DNA from: Moniliella sp. 'wahieum'
Taxonomy: Eukaryota
Direction of reading: 5' to 3'
DNA length: 64,000 nt
Assembly: GCA_003971905.1 (NCBI GenBank)
Contig: RSEE01000001.1
Coordinates: 992,001 to 1,056,000 of the forward strand
Shown piece by piece: positions 12,819 to 25,116 of this stretch. Each line of letters begins with the position of its first letter. The stretch's first letter is position 1. Below the pieces are notes generated by a model, which searched no databases, was not told where the DNA came from, and saw nothing but the letters and a program-made list of their open reading frames with translations. The translations under genes and the position numbers were made by a program.

Positions 12819-14820
12819 GGCGGCAGAAGGTGGTGGGAGAGCAGCAGCCACCATGCGCTGGGGCCAAGTCCAGGCCTAGATGAGCAAAAGCATGGTCACT
12901 GTCTACTGAATTTGTCGGGGGCTGGTTATGTAAGCCCGCAGTGGCCCTCTGTCCGTACTCAGTGCGATGCATTTGCTTGGGCACGTGGCCCATCGATCAT
13001 CTGAACGCGATCGATGATCCCAACGTTGAACGTTCAGGTTGAACTCTGAGATCTGAAAGTCTGAACGTTGAACCAGGCCGAGAGGGCGCCGGGAGCTTCA
13101 CCGCTACAAATCGGAACTCCGCCTCCGTTGCTGCCACTTTCTTCCAGTTGGCGCTGGCGCCGCCGCCTCTGTGCTTCCTGCCACCTTCATCTGGGGCAGT
13201 CGAGCTACAGGTCCATATATCGGTTTAAATACAAGAAAAAAACGCCAGGAATGACCACCTTTCGCTCACCACTTCACGTTGCGCCCAGATGAGAGACAAG
13301 CAAGAGCGTATGATTGTGCAAAAAAGTATACGGGCGTGACGGCAGGTGCCCGAACCCGGCCGACCCACCCTCTCCCCTTTCCTCCCTTGCCTGAGTTAGG
13401 TCTACGTCAAAACTAGGCTGCCTTGTCTGAACGTTGAACAAACGTTGGGTTCAAACGGGGGATGTTCCCATCGATCTATGCAACTAGGATCAAGTCGATG
13501 AAGTCCCTTTCGTGCAGCTGAGGTGATCCTTGCGTGAGCATCTGAGTCCCTAATTGCATCCTGCTTCAATTAGTTGGTATTTGGTCTTGGACACAAGTGA
13601 GCCCTCCGAAGTTGAGCCAACGGGTCTGGACGACAGTTTCCTGATCTCTGCGCTTCCTGTTTTCGTTGTGAGATTCTCCGCTCATGCCTGATTGCCCGAT
13701 TCCAGATGAGAGCGAAGAACCTTCCTTAGTGCCTTGGGCATTTCTGTGGGTTTTGAGTTCTCCCGCTTGCGGCTGAGTGTGGGAACCTTTTCGCCTTGAT
13801 CTGTTCTCCTTTCAAAGAAGTCGATGATCTCGATTCTCGTTTCCCCTTTCTCCGTGGAGTTGTCTATCCCTTATATAGTTTCCTACCTGTATGAGCCTTG
13901 ACCCATGTTCCTTTCCTCCTAGCGAGTCATTTCGTCTTGTTCGGCTTTTCCTACGTCTATTTCGTCTTCTCTGTCCACATTTCCTCTCTTCCTCTCGTAT
14001 TTCGTCCTTGTACAGCGTCCTTTGTCAATCCGTCGTTAATCCACGGGGCAGCGTCCGTGTTACGCTTAGTCCACCAGTATTCCCTCCGATCTGCTTCCAG
14101 TGACCACCGCATCTTCATTCCGTATCAATTGGATAGGACATTCATTGTCGTCGATCTCCACCTATTGCTAGTCTCCGCTGTGCGGGGGTCCCCTGCGGCG
14201 ATTTTACAAGAGTTGAATTTTGTTCTATCAGGTAGTACCTGTCCTACCTCGTCTTTGCCTATATCAACCTTTCTCCCAACGCGTTAGAGCCACAGATTAT
14301 CATACAAGCTCTCTGGTTAAGTCCTGCTCGTTCCCGTGTGCATATACGCAACTTGCCACGCCCTCAATTCAGAGGCCTCACTTCCTCTGTAGCACCGGTC
14401 GTTACTGCTACAGTAGTGTTCGGGCTCAATCAAGCGTGAGTACTGAGTGGCCTGCCCTCCTTCAAGGGAAAGCACCCCTAATCTATGGGTCGGGCTCCTG
14501 TCCGGGGACCGCCCATGACGAAAAGTCCCAAAAGGACAGCAATATAAACTGTGGGGAAAGCATCTCCCGGTTCTATTTAGATCCAATATCCAGCGGCCAT
14601 ACCTTGGCCGGCCCTTTCGTCATCAGACCATACCGTGCACTCATCGTTGTCAAGGACATGGCCAAGAGTCCCGCAAGGCCAACACTTTTATCTCTTCGTT
14701 CGCCGCTGCAAGGCCAATTGGATACCCCCACACAACAAAACATTATCCACTCACCCTACTGCTATGGCTTGAAAATAAAAAGCCGCAACACACGTTTCAC
14801 ATTTTGGAACTGTGGGGTCG

Positions 14821-14891
14821 CCGGTCACCGGTCACACGGTCACCGGTCACTAGTCACTAGTCGCTTGTCAGTGACCGGTGACCGGTGACCG
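14821..14891. repeat. Heptamer array with inverted repeat: (CCGGTCA)n (CTAGTCA)n ... (TGACCGG)n
   Basis: 15-bp perfect arms cggtcaccggtcact (14837-14851) and agtgaccggtgaccg (14870-14884). Confidence 0.9.
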
Positions 14892-15664
14892 CCCGATGTT
14901 CAATTATTAATTAGGAGAGTGTTTTGGCCCCGCACCCGTCCCGCCGGATCCAAGCGTCAGCTCCGTCCTAGCGCAGCCCGCGGACATCCCGAGAGTTACG
15001 GCAGCGGTACCCCCTCCTCCCGACCTCCCCGCCGAATCGGCCTGCAGACGCCCGAGACTTCAGGCTTCAGGGGAAAAAGGCCTGAAGCTTGAGCCTGAAA
15101 GTGAGGCTCAGGCCTCAGCCTGAGGTCCTGTGGGGTCTGTGGGGCTCTCAGCATATTGGCGCACCGCTAGCACTGAGGCGCTCAGCCTGGCCAGCAGCTG
15201 ATGGTCTCCGATCTGAGCACAGGCAAGCCCAGTATGGATGGCACTTGGGCGGGGTAAAAGCGCTCTGGGCGGCCTGTAGGTCTTGGTCGTACATGGACCT
15301 ACTGTAATATAAGGGCCGTAGGATTCAGGGTGACTAGGTGACTGACAGCCATGTCCTACCCCAACGGCGGGGGCGCGTGAAAATATCAAATGCGTGTCGC
15401 CCAGCACACTGCCGCCATGGTGGCACCTTGCCGCCGTGGAGCGTGCTACGTATTTCGTTGCCTCAGTCCCCAGTGAACCAGTGACGCAGAAGCTGAAGCT
15501 GCAGGCTACGAAGAGTTGGGGTCGCTGGTTGCAGCAGGCGGCTGGATTCACGTGGAGCAGGCTCGCGTGTACAACAAGTGCGTCCGTCGCCTGCCCACGC
15601 CTCCTGCTCCCGCGACACCCACCACCACCACCACAGCCCCGCTCCGCTCCGCTTCCTCTGCGCC

Positions 15665-16219
15665 ATGTCTCCCGCACCCGCCTCCATCTCAGTCGCCGCT
15701 CTGGCCAAGCACAACACCGCAGCTGACTGCTGGATGGCGATTGATGGCAAGGTGTACAATGTCACCGAGTTCCTTGATGAACATCCAGGCGGCGACGAGA
15801 TCCTCCTCTCGGAGGCTGGCAAGGACGCCACCGAGGCGTTCGATGAGGTGGGACACTCGGACGACGCACGGGAGCTCATGGTCCCCATGCTGGTGGGCGA
15901 ATTGGAACCATCTCAGGTATGTATCCGTCTCGGGCTACCCCACTACCGGGACCCCTCTCCCTTCTTTCCTCTTCGACCCCAGTCAACTGACGCGCATTTG
16001 TCTTTCGTTCTTTTTTAGGATGCAGGCCAGGCCTCGATAGGGAAAAGTGGGCCTAAGGCCCGGCTGACCCAGAGGTGAGTACCGAACGCCCTGGTTTTGT
16101 ACATGCACATGACTGCTGACCTTCTTCATTGTTGTTTCATTCCTATTAGCTGGTTCCTTCAAGTGATCCCCATTATCGCTGTGGCCGCTTCGTATGCATA
16201 TCAACACTATTATGGTTAG
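15665..16219 (+). CDS. CYB5: Cytochrome b5, tail-anchored
   Basis: KHN..DCWMAIDGKVYNVTEFLDEHPGGDEILL..AGKDATEAFDEVGHS. Introns 15917-16018 and 16075-16149. C-terminal TM WFLQVIPIIAVAASYAY. Confidence 0.95.
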
Positions 16220-16454
16220 CGACCGCAAGAGGAACCAGAAACGCACGTGCCTAGCTATACCATATCATTACACCCATGCCCCCCCCCCCTTCCTTCCATG
16301 CCATGGCTCACATTCTGCTCCTTTCCATCCCATCTCCCATATCCACGCTAATACTGTGGGGTGCGTGACGCACCTCGCGTTAGGTTCTACACATAGGGTG
16401 CTCAGTAAAAGAAATGAAGTATTGTTATACCATAAACGACACCAACCCCAACAT

Positions 16455-17466
16455 CTAAGCACAAGAAAGGACACGGTGAGCGTGGTATCCAACAGCGGGA
16501 CGTACAAGCCGTGCATTCGCTTTAGCGCTTTTGCCCATACGCCTTGCCCGTGTGTGGGTTGCGCAAGTTTTACCGATCGCACCGCCCAGCTTGGTCCGTT
16601 GAACGTATGCGTCGTAGCGGTTGTTGGAGGCCAGGAGACGGTCCTTGCGATAGTTGATATCCACTGGTTGAGCTGCCTCGTCGTTCGCTTTCTTAATCTG
16701 GACTGGGCGTGATCCAACGTGCTTGCCATCCATTTGTTTCCATGCCTTGAGGAAATCCTCAGGGTCGGCAAAGGCGACAAAGCCGTACCCTTTCGTCTTT
16801 TCGTCCCACTTCTTGCGCACCACACGCGCCTTACTGAATGAGGGGTACTTCTTAAACGCGTCCGCCAGAACTTCATCCGTCACATCGTTTCCCAAGTTGC
16901 CAACAAAGAGTCGCTTGTGGGCTGGAAAAAAGGAGGAAAAGGGGATGCCGGGTCAGTAGGAGCTCATGGGGGTCAGCCAGGTCCAGGGTCAGGAAGGGGC
17001 ACATACAAGGATCCCAGTCCAATAGCGATTGGTCCTCCCACACTTTCCCTGCTGCCTTGCGTAGCACCGTCTTCCTCGTCTGGCCCTTTTTGAGGTGGCC
17101 AGCAATCGCCTTCCCATCTTCGTCCTTGGGGCCGGGCACCCACTTCTTTTTTGGTACCCGCCCACCCTGGGACGCCGTCGACGACTCGCCCATGTCAGCC
17201 GCCGCAGACAGGTCGGCGTACACCCTATCGGCATGCGTGCCAGACGATGCACTGCCTTCGGTGGAGGGGTACATGCCGTAGGTCTGGTAGAAGCCATCGT
17301 AGTCGAACGTCCAATTCCCGCGCGAGCTGTCCCATCGATAAAAAGGCGTGTACATGTCGTCCCCGCCGGCACCGGATCCGGCAGAAGGAACCGAGGCCGA
17401 AGCTGAGGCCGAGGCCGAGGGGTTGGTACTCCCATAGGCACCGTAGGCGTAATCGTAGCCAGACAT
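16455..17466 (-). CDS. RBM42-like RRM RNA-binding protein
   Basis: RKTVLRKAAGKVWEDQSLLDWDP|SHKRLFVGNLGNDVTDEVL..KGYGFVAF. Intron 16922-17006. The 3' end is uncertain. Confidence 0.9.
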
Positions 17467-17695
17467 GGCGAATGCAACGAGCGCAGTGGTGGCGGTTGGG
17501 TTGGGCAAGGTGCCGTCAGCGGTCAGCCGAGCAAAAGAGGCAGGGCGAGCCTGTTCGGTCGTATGCACCCATATTCCGCTGTTGTATTCCGCCCCGTGGA
17601 CAACCCGGCGGGGAGACAAAAAATACAGTGCGCCACACTCGAGGGCGGTGGGGCTCTCAAGCGGCGCACCGGCCTACCATCCTAACTTGTGCCCC

Positions 17696-19559
17696 ATGGC
17701 GCCTTTACTGTGCCTGCGTTGCCCACGGCCGGCCCTCTTTTGGGCCACCAACGGACGACCCTGCAGCAGATGTGCCGCAGGAGCTCAAGGGGATTCCCTT
17801 TGCTCCATTTGCCATGGCCGATCCGGTGGGCCGCATCGCCGACTGGAACAACATTCTTGGCCAGGGCCAGGACGAACGCGCGCGGCGGCAAACCCAACGT
17901 CCGACCCCACCGACTGCCCTCGCTGGCTCGGCAGCAGGCAACACATTTGGATACACGCATGCCCAAGATGAGGCTACGTTTAGCGTGGTGCACAATGTTC
18001 AGCGCGTGGGGGACCGTTCCAAGGGCTTCAGTTCCCGCGGCGGCGCTCGTTCCAGTGCTCGGGCTGGCCGGGGCAGCACCAAGCTCGGAGGCGCTGCGCC
18101 TGTGTACACCCCCCGCCCTGGCCATGCTGGCAGTGTGTGGTGCCCATGCTGGTCGTGGTGGCCGGACAGGCGGAGGCGGTGGTGGTCGTGGCGCGACTGG
18201 GGCCGCAGCGGACGCGGGAGTCCTCGGTTACCGTTCGGTCCGCTTGGAAGTCGGTGGAGGAGATTGAGTTTAGCCGGCTGGGCAAACTGCGTTTGGATGT
18301 GCGTCCAGGTGCGACGCTAAAGCAGTATGGTGTGTTGGCTGAGTACAATCGGACCTATGACCGGACAGCGACGGTGCGGACGCCCCAGCCGCTCAAACCT
18401 CTGGACCGGACCAAGTTCCAGTTGACCACGTCGGAAGATGAAGTGTTGCAGCAACTTGCCGCGGCAGACCCTGTCTTCCCCCCCAAGTGAAGATGTTCCA
18501 ATCTCGGCTGGTTCAGGGGTGATGGCCAGCGCCGAAGGCCCCAAACCGCATCGCATCTTCCTTACGGACTCCATTTTGGCCCTGCTCATGTGCATGCCCC
18601 GTTCGGTCTATCCCTGGGACCTAACTCTGACTGTCGAAGATGGCAATGTCTACTTTGACAAACGGGATGGTGGCGCGTTGGACTATGTGACGGTGAATGA
18701 GAACGCGGCGGATCCCCCTCTGGAGCCGGCGGAACTAAAGGACGAGAAGAACGAGGCGAATTCAACGATTGCAGCCGCTACCGCTGCTGCCGCAGCCAAA
18801 AGCGATCCGATCAACACACCTTCCTCCTTGGCACTGGAAGCAACCTATGTCCTCCATAACTTTGCTTTTTGGCGGTCAACGAGAAAAAAGAAGTCAAGTT
18901 GCCTGATGGACCGTACCCTGCGCCCCAGTCGGCCGACGATGTGGATCCGCCTGCGGCAGTGGGTTATCGGTACCGCCAATTCGACCTTTCTTCCGAGGCA
19001 GAGGATCCGATCCAGTTGGTGGTGCGGACAGAGGTGGATGCTTACTTGCCCTCCACGGCAGGGAACAAGAAGCGCCAGCTGGTGAGCATCAAGACGCTCA
19101 ATGAGTTTGACTCCAAGGCCCAAGGAGCTGGTGGGGCACCCGACTGGCGCAGCCGTCTGGATAGTCAACGTGGTGCAGTCGTCGCGACAGAGATCAAGAA
19201 CAATGCGTTCAAGTTGGCTCGGTTTGCCGCCCAAGCCATCTGGCCGACTCGGATGTCCTCAAGCTGGGGTACATCTCGCGTGTCAACCCCAAGGAGTCCG
19301 GGCGGCATTCGATCTTGGCAACACAGACGTTCAAGCCACGGGATTTGGCAATGCAGATGAACCTATCCCTGGCGAATGGGTGGGGAATCGTGCGCACGAT
19401 CGCCGATTTGGTCCGCAAGGAAGACGGTAAGTATGTATTGATGAAGAACCCTAACAAGCCCCTCGTCAGTCTTTACAAGGTCCCCAACTCATACCCGACG
19501 AGGAGGAGAGCGAGGAGGAAGAGGAGGAAGTGGACGAAGGCGAGGACGACGACTACTGA
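17696..19559 (+). CDS. EIF3D: Eukaryotic translation initiation factor 3 subunit D
   Basis: [81 protein letters not shown], and an acidic tail. Multiple indels. Confidence 0.93.
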
Positions 19560-19806
19560 GTGAATGGTTCTTCTATGCTTGGGCTACATCGGTGCTTTGG
19601 TGGCTGCATTTATGTCTACCAGACGATCGCACGCTTCGTCCCAGAGCTTGTTCCCCGAGTATGGGTTGTACGATATACGAAGGAATGAGTTACAGGTAAC
19701 CATGCAGATTATCCTAGCAGAGCGATTGCCAGCGCTCTGCCGGTCCAGGAGGGGGAAACAGACAATATGGATTCCGTGAATAGAATGGAAGTAATGTCCA
19801 TGCAAC

Positions 19807-21341
19807 TCAATGTAATAGTACCGCACACCCGGCCGCGAACCCTGAGGCAATAAGCATGACGAGGCTGTGGGGAGCGCGCAAAGTAGAACCCGGGCTGGAT
19901 GAGCCGCCCGACGCATTGCGCACGGGGGAGGAGGAAGCTCCACTGGCCGCCGGGGACGCCGCGACGGCCGCACTGCTGGCAACAGATGAGGGAGAGGCAG
20001 TGGGGGTACTGTTGGAAGGAGCAGGGCTGGGGAGGGGCCTGGTGTTGTTCAAACCAATGCTAAAAAGACGCATTTGGGTTTCGGGGTTGGAGTAAACCTT
20101 GTAGTCTTGATGCGCCGTACTGGAGGAAGGCAAAACTGTGATTGGCACCGGCTGGGTTGCCCGGGATGCCTTCGATGGATTTTTGGAAATTGAGACACCG
20201 GTTCAGGTGCGTATCGCCCTCGCACTGGGCCGCCGGATGGGTGTCCCCGCACCATCGTCCGACAGGCCGCAGACGGTGGTGACCTGGCGCGAAAAGAAAG
20301 TGGTGAGCGTTGCATTTTTGGCCGCGGTTGCGTTGGCAGTGTAGGTAGCGTTTTGGTACGATGGAATGTTGCTGTCAAGTCCATAGGGCCATGCGGTATA
20401 GTTTCCACCGGGTTGGCAACGGACAGGTTGGTGACCGCAGGTTGAGTGGTAACTTCCACATACGCGCCGGGGTTTCCGGAAAGGAACGTCATGTAGGGAT
20501 CTTGGACGGGGTTGGGCTTGCGCGACGGCGTACCGCTGGGTGAAGGAGCCTCCAAGACTATGGCCGGCCACGATGACAGAGTTCAAGTTGGGGAAGTTGG
20601 TCTGGTTGAAGAAGAAGTCGACCAAGAGGTCCAGCGCATCAAACGCACTTGCATTCGTGGCACCGGGGCCAGCAGCCATGCTGCCATCCGACCAAGATTC
20701 AAAGTACACATCGTTCGGCCCGGCAGCGCCCGCACTGTGTTCCAGCGGGCCCATCCACGCCACTCCTCCCACAATCACATCTTCCATGCCGACTCCCATG
20801 GTGTCGTTGGTTGCGGCGCAGATGAGGGAGTTGCGGACCAGGCTCATGTAGCTCCACACGTCCCGGGCCAATCCGGGGTTGACGGCAATTGCGCGCTTGA
20901 TCTTGCTCCAGTCCTTGCGCTCAATGTAGTAAGGAACGACAGCACCCGTTGCCGGGTCCAGGACCAAGTCGCGATGAAAGTCAAAGCCGGTCACGTTGGG
21001 GAGCTGAGTCCAGCCAGTGTTGACACTGCCCACCGCCTCGGCGGCGCCAATAAAGATGGTGTTGCACCAAGGGACCTGGGACGCGCTGTCGTTTCCCAGC
21101 TGCGACGAGGCGCCTACCTGGACGGTCTGGCCGAGGGAATCAATGGACCAGGCACCGGGGGCGAGGTTGCCGTTCTGGTAGCCAGTGGCGTAGTACGAGG
21201 CGATGGCGGTGGGATCGCGCGTGTTGTTGCCTGGCGTATTGCCGGGGCCGCCGTTCTGGCGGGCGTCGAGGGCAGGGCGAGCGACCGCGACACCGAGGGC
21301 GGTGAGGACTAGGGCGATGGGCAGGCGCGAGACGGACACAT
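19807..21341 (-). CDS. Secreted, probably GPI-anchored alpha/beta-hydrolase-fold protein
   Basis: Signal peptide LPIALVLTALGVAVA, nucleophile elbow VAGHSLGG, WPYGL motif, Ser/Ala-rich stalk and hydrophobic C-terminus (LVMLIASGFAAGCAVLLH). Indels present. Confidence 0.75.
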
Positions 21342-22688
21342 GGGCACAGGGGATGGTGGGAAGCTGGGATCTGCGCGGGAGCATGAGCAGTGATGTCAAC
21401 GTTGCCCGCATTGTTGTTAGCATGGCCAGGCATGGCCACGGCCAGCGCTGCGGCCTGCTGCTTGCTGCCCACGCAACATTCGAGTTCAGGCCGAAGCGAA
21501 CAGCCGATCGGCAGAGACTGGCCTGCTGGGGCGCAGAGCTGCGAGGGGGCTCGGGCCGGCGTCTCCACACTCTCCGCATTTCTCCCGCACGGCGGCTGAG
21601 CAGTGCGGCCCAGTGCGGCCCAGTGCAGAACCATGCTGAGCCTCCGCGCTGAGGCTGAGTGTGCCTGCTGTGCCGGTGCTGTGCCAGGCACTGCCCATGC
21701 AGCTGCGAGCAGCAGCCACAGCGAGTCACAGTGCCACACCAGTGCCACACCAGACCACACCTCCCATTGGGTAATTCAGCAAATACTCACAGTCACTACT
21801 GACTTGTGTTCTGTCCAAGTCACTCTGCTCACTAGCTCACTAGCCACTCCCGCTACTCATTACATAGATTCCGCCCCGTCATCCGCGTCATCATCTCACC
21901 ACCACGCCAGTGCGATTGCATCACCCTCGAGGACCATCATGCATCAGGACTCCAAGTCTCCATCAGCTAACGCGCTAACGCTGTCACAGTCAGGGTTAAG
22001 GCGAGGGAGACCAGAATCGGGACTAGGCCAAGGGGCGTAGCAATTGTTCGTGGGGAAGAAGCAAGAGCAGAGGACATGATGCGAAAGTGGAAGACACAGG
22101 GAAAGAGCGAGACGCTCGAGACGAAAATTGGAAATGGGAGCGATACAGCCATACTATGACAACGTATGCTAACGTCCATCTGGGACCCACTCACAGTCGA
22201 ACAGTTGAGAACCCACTGCACCTCTACCGCCACCTCATTGTTGGGTCCGTTCCCAGTCTTCACCATTGGGGGCGGGGAATAAAATCGAAAATGTTTAAGG
22301 CCACAGGGAAATTGGGCCAATGGGCCGCATCAATGGAGTAAGGGAGCTGCCATAAACTTGCCTAGTTCGAGCACTGAGGGAAGCTGGAGACTGACAAGTC
22401 TTGGGGGAGGAAATGGAGGTAAGATGGACATCGTCGCTGCTCGTAGCGGTGATAGTGGTGGTGAGGAGGTGTGGAAAGGGGGCGCAGGGACAGCGCCTGG
22501 GGCGGACCAGCACACTGTGATCGATAATTAATCCTGCTTCCCAGGATGCAGAGAAATACGGGCGGAATGAGCATCCGGCGCGGCCAGCCGGAACAAGCGG
22601 CCCAGCTTAGGTCAGCGCTGGGTGAAGATTCCCGTGCGACTTCGACTGCGGCTTAACCACCAGCTAACTGCCCTCGTCGTTGCCAGCC

Positions 22689-23636
22689 ATGCCGGCCCCG
22701 TTCTCCATGCTCGGAGGGCTTGCTCGTGCGGTGGGCCTTCGCCCACCACCTTCCGCTGTCCCTGTGGGTGTGCGCTCCTTCAGTGCCTCGGCGCCGGTGG
22801 CAGTGCTGCCCCGCGTGCTCAAGGCCAAGGCCATCAAGCGCACCAACTTGGAGCGTCGCAAGGCCACTGAGCAATTGCTCAAGCAGAGTGTCAAGCGCGA
22901 TGCTTGCCGCGGCCACACCCTCACACCCGAAGGATTTGCTCTCTGGGAAAACTCGGACCTCAAGTCTCTCATCCTAATTCCAGAGGAAATCTGGAAAGGC
23001 AATGTGCCCCCGCTTCCCAAGCTCTTGGAGGGCGACCCTGAGTCGGAAACCTTGACCGCAGTGATGGGCAGGCCTCAGATGCTCAACTACGGCTGACTAA
23101 GGCGATTCGGATTCATCTTTAAGCAGGTCCCCCAGCTTATGGCTGAGGACCGTCTGCTGGACTTTCCCGAGGCAGTGAATGACTTGGCCGACTCGGAGAG
23201 TCAAGCGAAGAGCGCCATGTTTACCGAACTGCTCCAGACCGAGCAAGCTGGCGCAGAAACCTTGTCGCGCATCTTGGATTTGCGCAACGCTTCTGGACAA
23301 CAAATTGAACGGGAAAATCTACGGCGGATCGTCAAGGTGTTTGGGGACGGCTGGAACGTGGGCTCGCCCGAGTGCCAGGCGGCCGTACTGACCTACCACA
23401 TGCGCCGTCTGATGGACCATCTGAAGCAAAAGCGCAAGGACACCATTGCTCGTGTTCGCTTGGGTCACTTGATCCACAAGCGCGCCAAGATTCTCAAGTA
23501 TCTCCGCCGCAAGAACTTGGCCGGATACTATGCCCTGCTTCCCCGGTTGGGATTGGAGCCACTGGGTGTCGAAGGCTCGCTCCCTATGCCCCCCATGGAG
23601 AAGATTGCTCCCAAGTACAAGATGACCAGGCGCTAA
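22689..23636 (+). CDS. Mitochondrial ribosomal protein uS15m
   Basis: Presequence VRSFSASAPV and S15 motif VGSPECQAAVLTYHMRRLMDHLKQKRKD..LIHKRAKILKYLRRKN..Y..LLPRLGL. One indel near 23095. Confidence 0.9.
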
Positions 23637-23847
23637 AATCGCATTCTACCGTATGCATCATCGCTGCCATCATATCAATTGGCAGGAAGGGTTTCATGTT
23701 GGAATGTTAGGTAGAGTGGAGCTACGACAATATGTCACAAGGATGCCCAATACTTGGTCTCGAGATGACTTTTGACGGCTAACTTTGACGGAGCGCAGAG
23801 CAAGGCAAACGCAACTACTCAGTTTGGAATAGCTGGTAAGAGGAAGG

Positions 23848-24612
23848 CTAGAGGTCAGCCTTCGCACCCTCAGCAGCAGGCTGCTCACTCTTCACTCCGC
23901 CGTCGAGGGTGCGTCGTCGAACAGCTGGCCCGATTTGACAATCGTGACGTCCTCCTTGGGACGGTCCGCGGGGCCCGTGGGAACCTTCTCGATGTACGAC
24001 ACAACGTCCATCCCATCAAGCACGCGGCCGAAAACAACATGACGGCCGTTCAACCAGGGCGTGGGAACGGTGCAGAGGAAAAACTGGTTCGACACAAGTC
24101 AGGACAGGAAGTAGGATGAATGCAGTCAAGGAAACGTACTTGGGAACCGTTCGTGTCGCGACCAGCGTTGGCCATCGACAGAACACCGGGCTTGTCGTGA
24201 CGGAACTTGAAGTTTTCGTCGGGGAAACGGGCCGTAGATGGACTTGCCACCGCGACCATCACCCGAAGTGAAGTCGCCTCCTTGGATCATAAAGCTGGGG
24301 ATAACGCGATGAAACTTGGAGCCCTCGTAGCCAAACCCGTGCTTCCCGGTGCTAAGTTCGAGGAAGTTGGTCGCGGTCTGTTAAGGTAGAGTTAGTCGAT
24401 GGCCTTTGTTCTTTGGGGAGCAGAGCGGATCGACATACCTTGGGCACATCCTTGCCGTAAAGGCCAACGACGATACGGCCAATGCTCTTGCCGCCGTGCT
24501 CCATGTCAAAGAAGACCTTGTCGGTGACTTCGGGCTCGGGATCGGCGTGGACACCGCCAAAGAGGCCGAGAGCGAGTGCCAGGAAGAGGGTGGCGAGGAC
24601 GAACAGACGCAT
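23848..24612 (-). CDS. Cyclophilin B (ER peptidyl-prolyl isomerase)
   Basis: Signal peptide, [48 protein letters not shown] and [12 protein letters not shown]. Two introns. Confidence 0.93.
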
Positions 24613-25116
24613 GAGGGAGGGGGGGAGAACAGGGGTGGTGGAGAAGAAATAGCTTCCACGTGCCACGTTGGGTGGGTTGCGTGGATGCGGGGCGCTCACA
24701 GGCTCCGCTCTTGCGCGCTTTTACGGCTGCGACCCGGGGGATTCCGCCAGAGGAGTTTCAACTTTCAAATGCAACTGAATACGTTTCAACTTTCAACATT
24801 CAACTGATTCTTCAACACGACCGGAAGGCCCCGGGACGATCCAGTTTCGAGCGAATCTGCACCACACTGCTTGCATCTCTACGTGACGAGACGAGGTGCC
24901 AATAAACGTGTAGTCATTCTTCATGCCAGAAAGATTCAAAGGGGCACGAAAGGCATCCGAAAAAATGGAGCGAGAGAAGCCGTGCACGGTTCACGGTCAA
25001 AGGAAAAAAGTGTATAACGGGTATCAACGAAAAAAGACAAAGTAAAAACAGGGCTGCACTCAATTGCGAGCAGCAATGGTGGATCAAGGGAAGGGTGAGA
25101 TTTGCCAGAGAAATCA

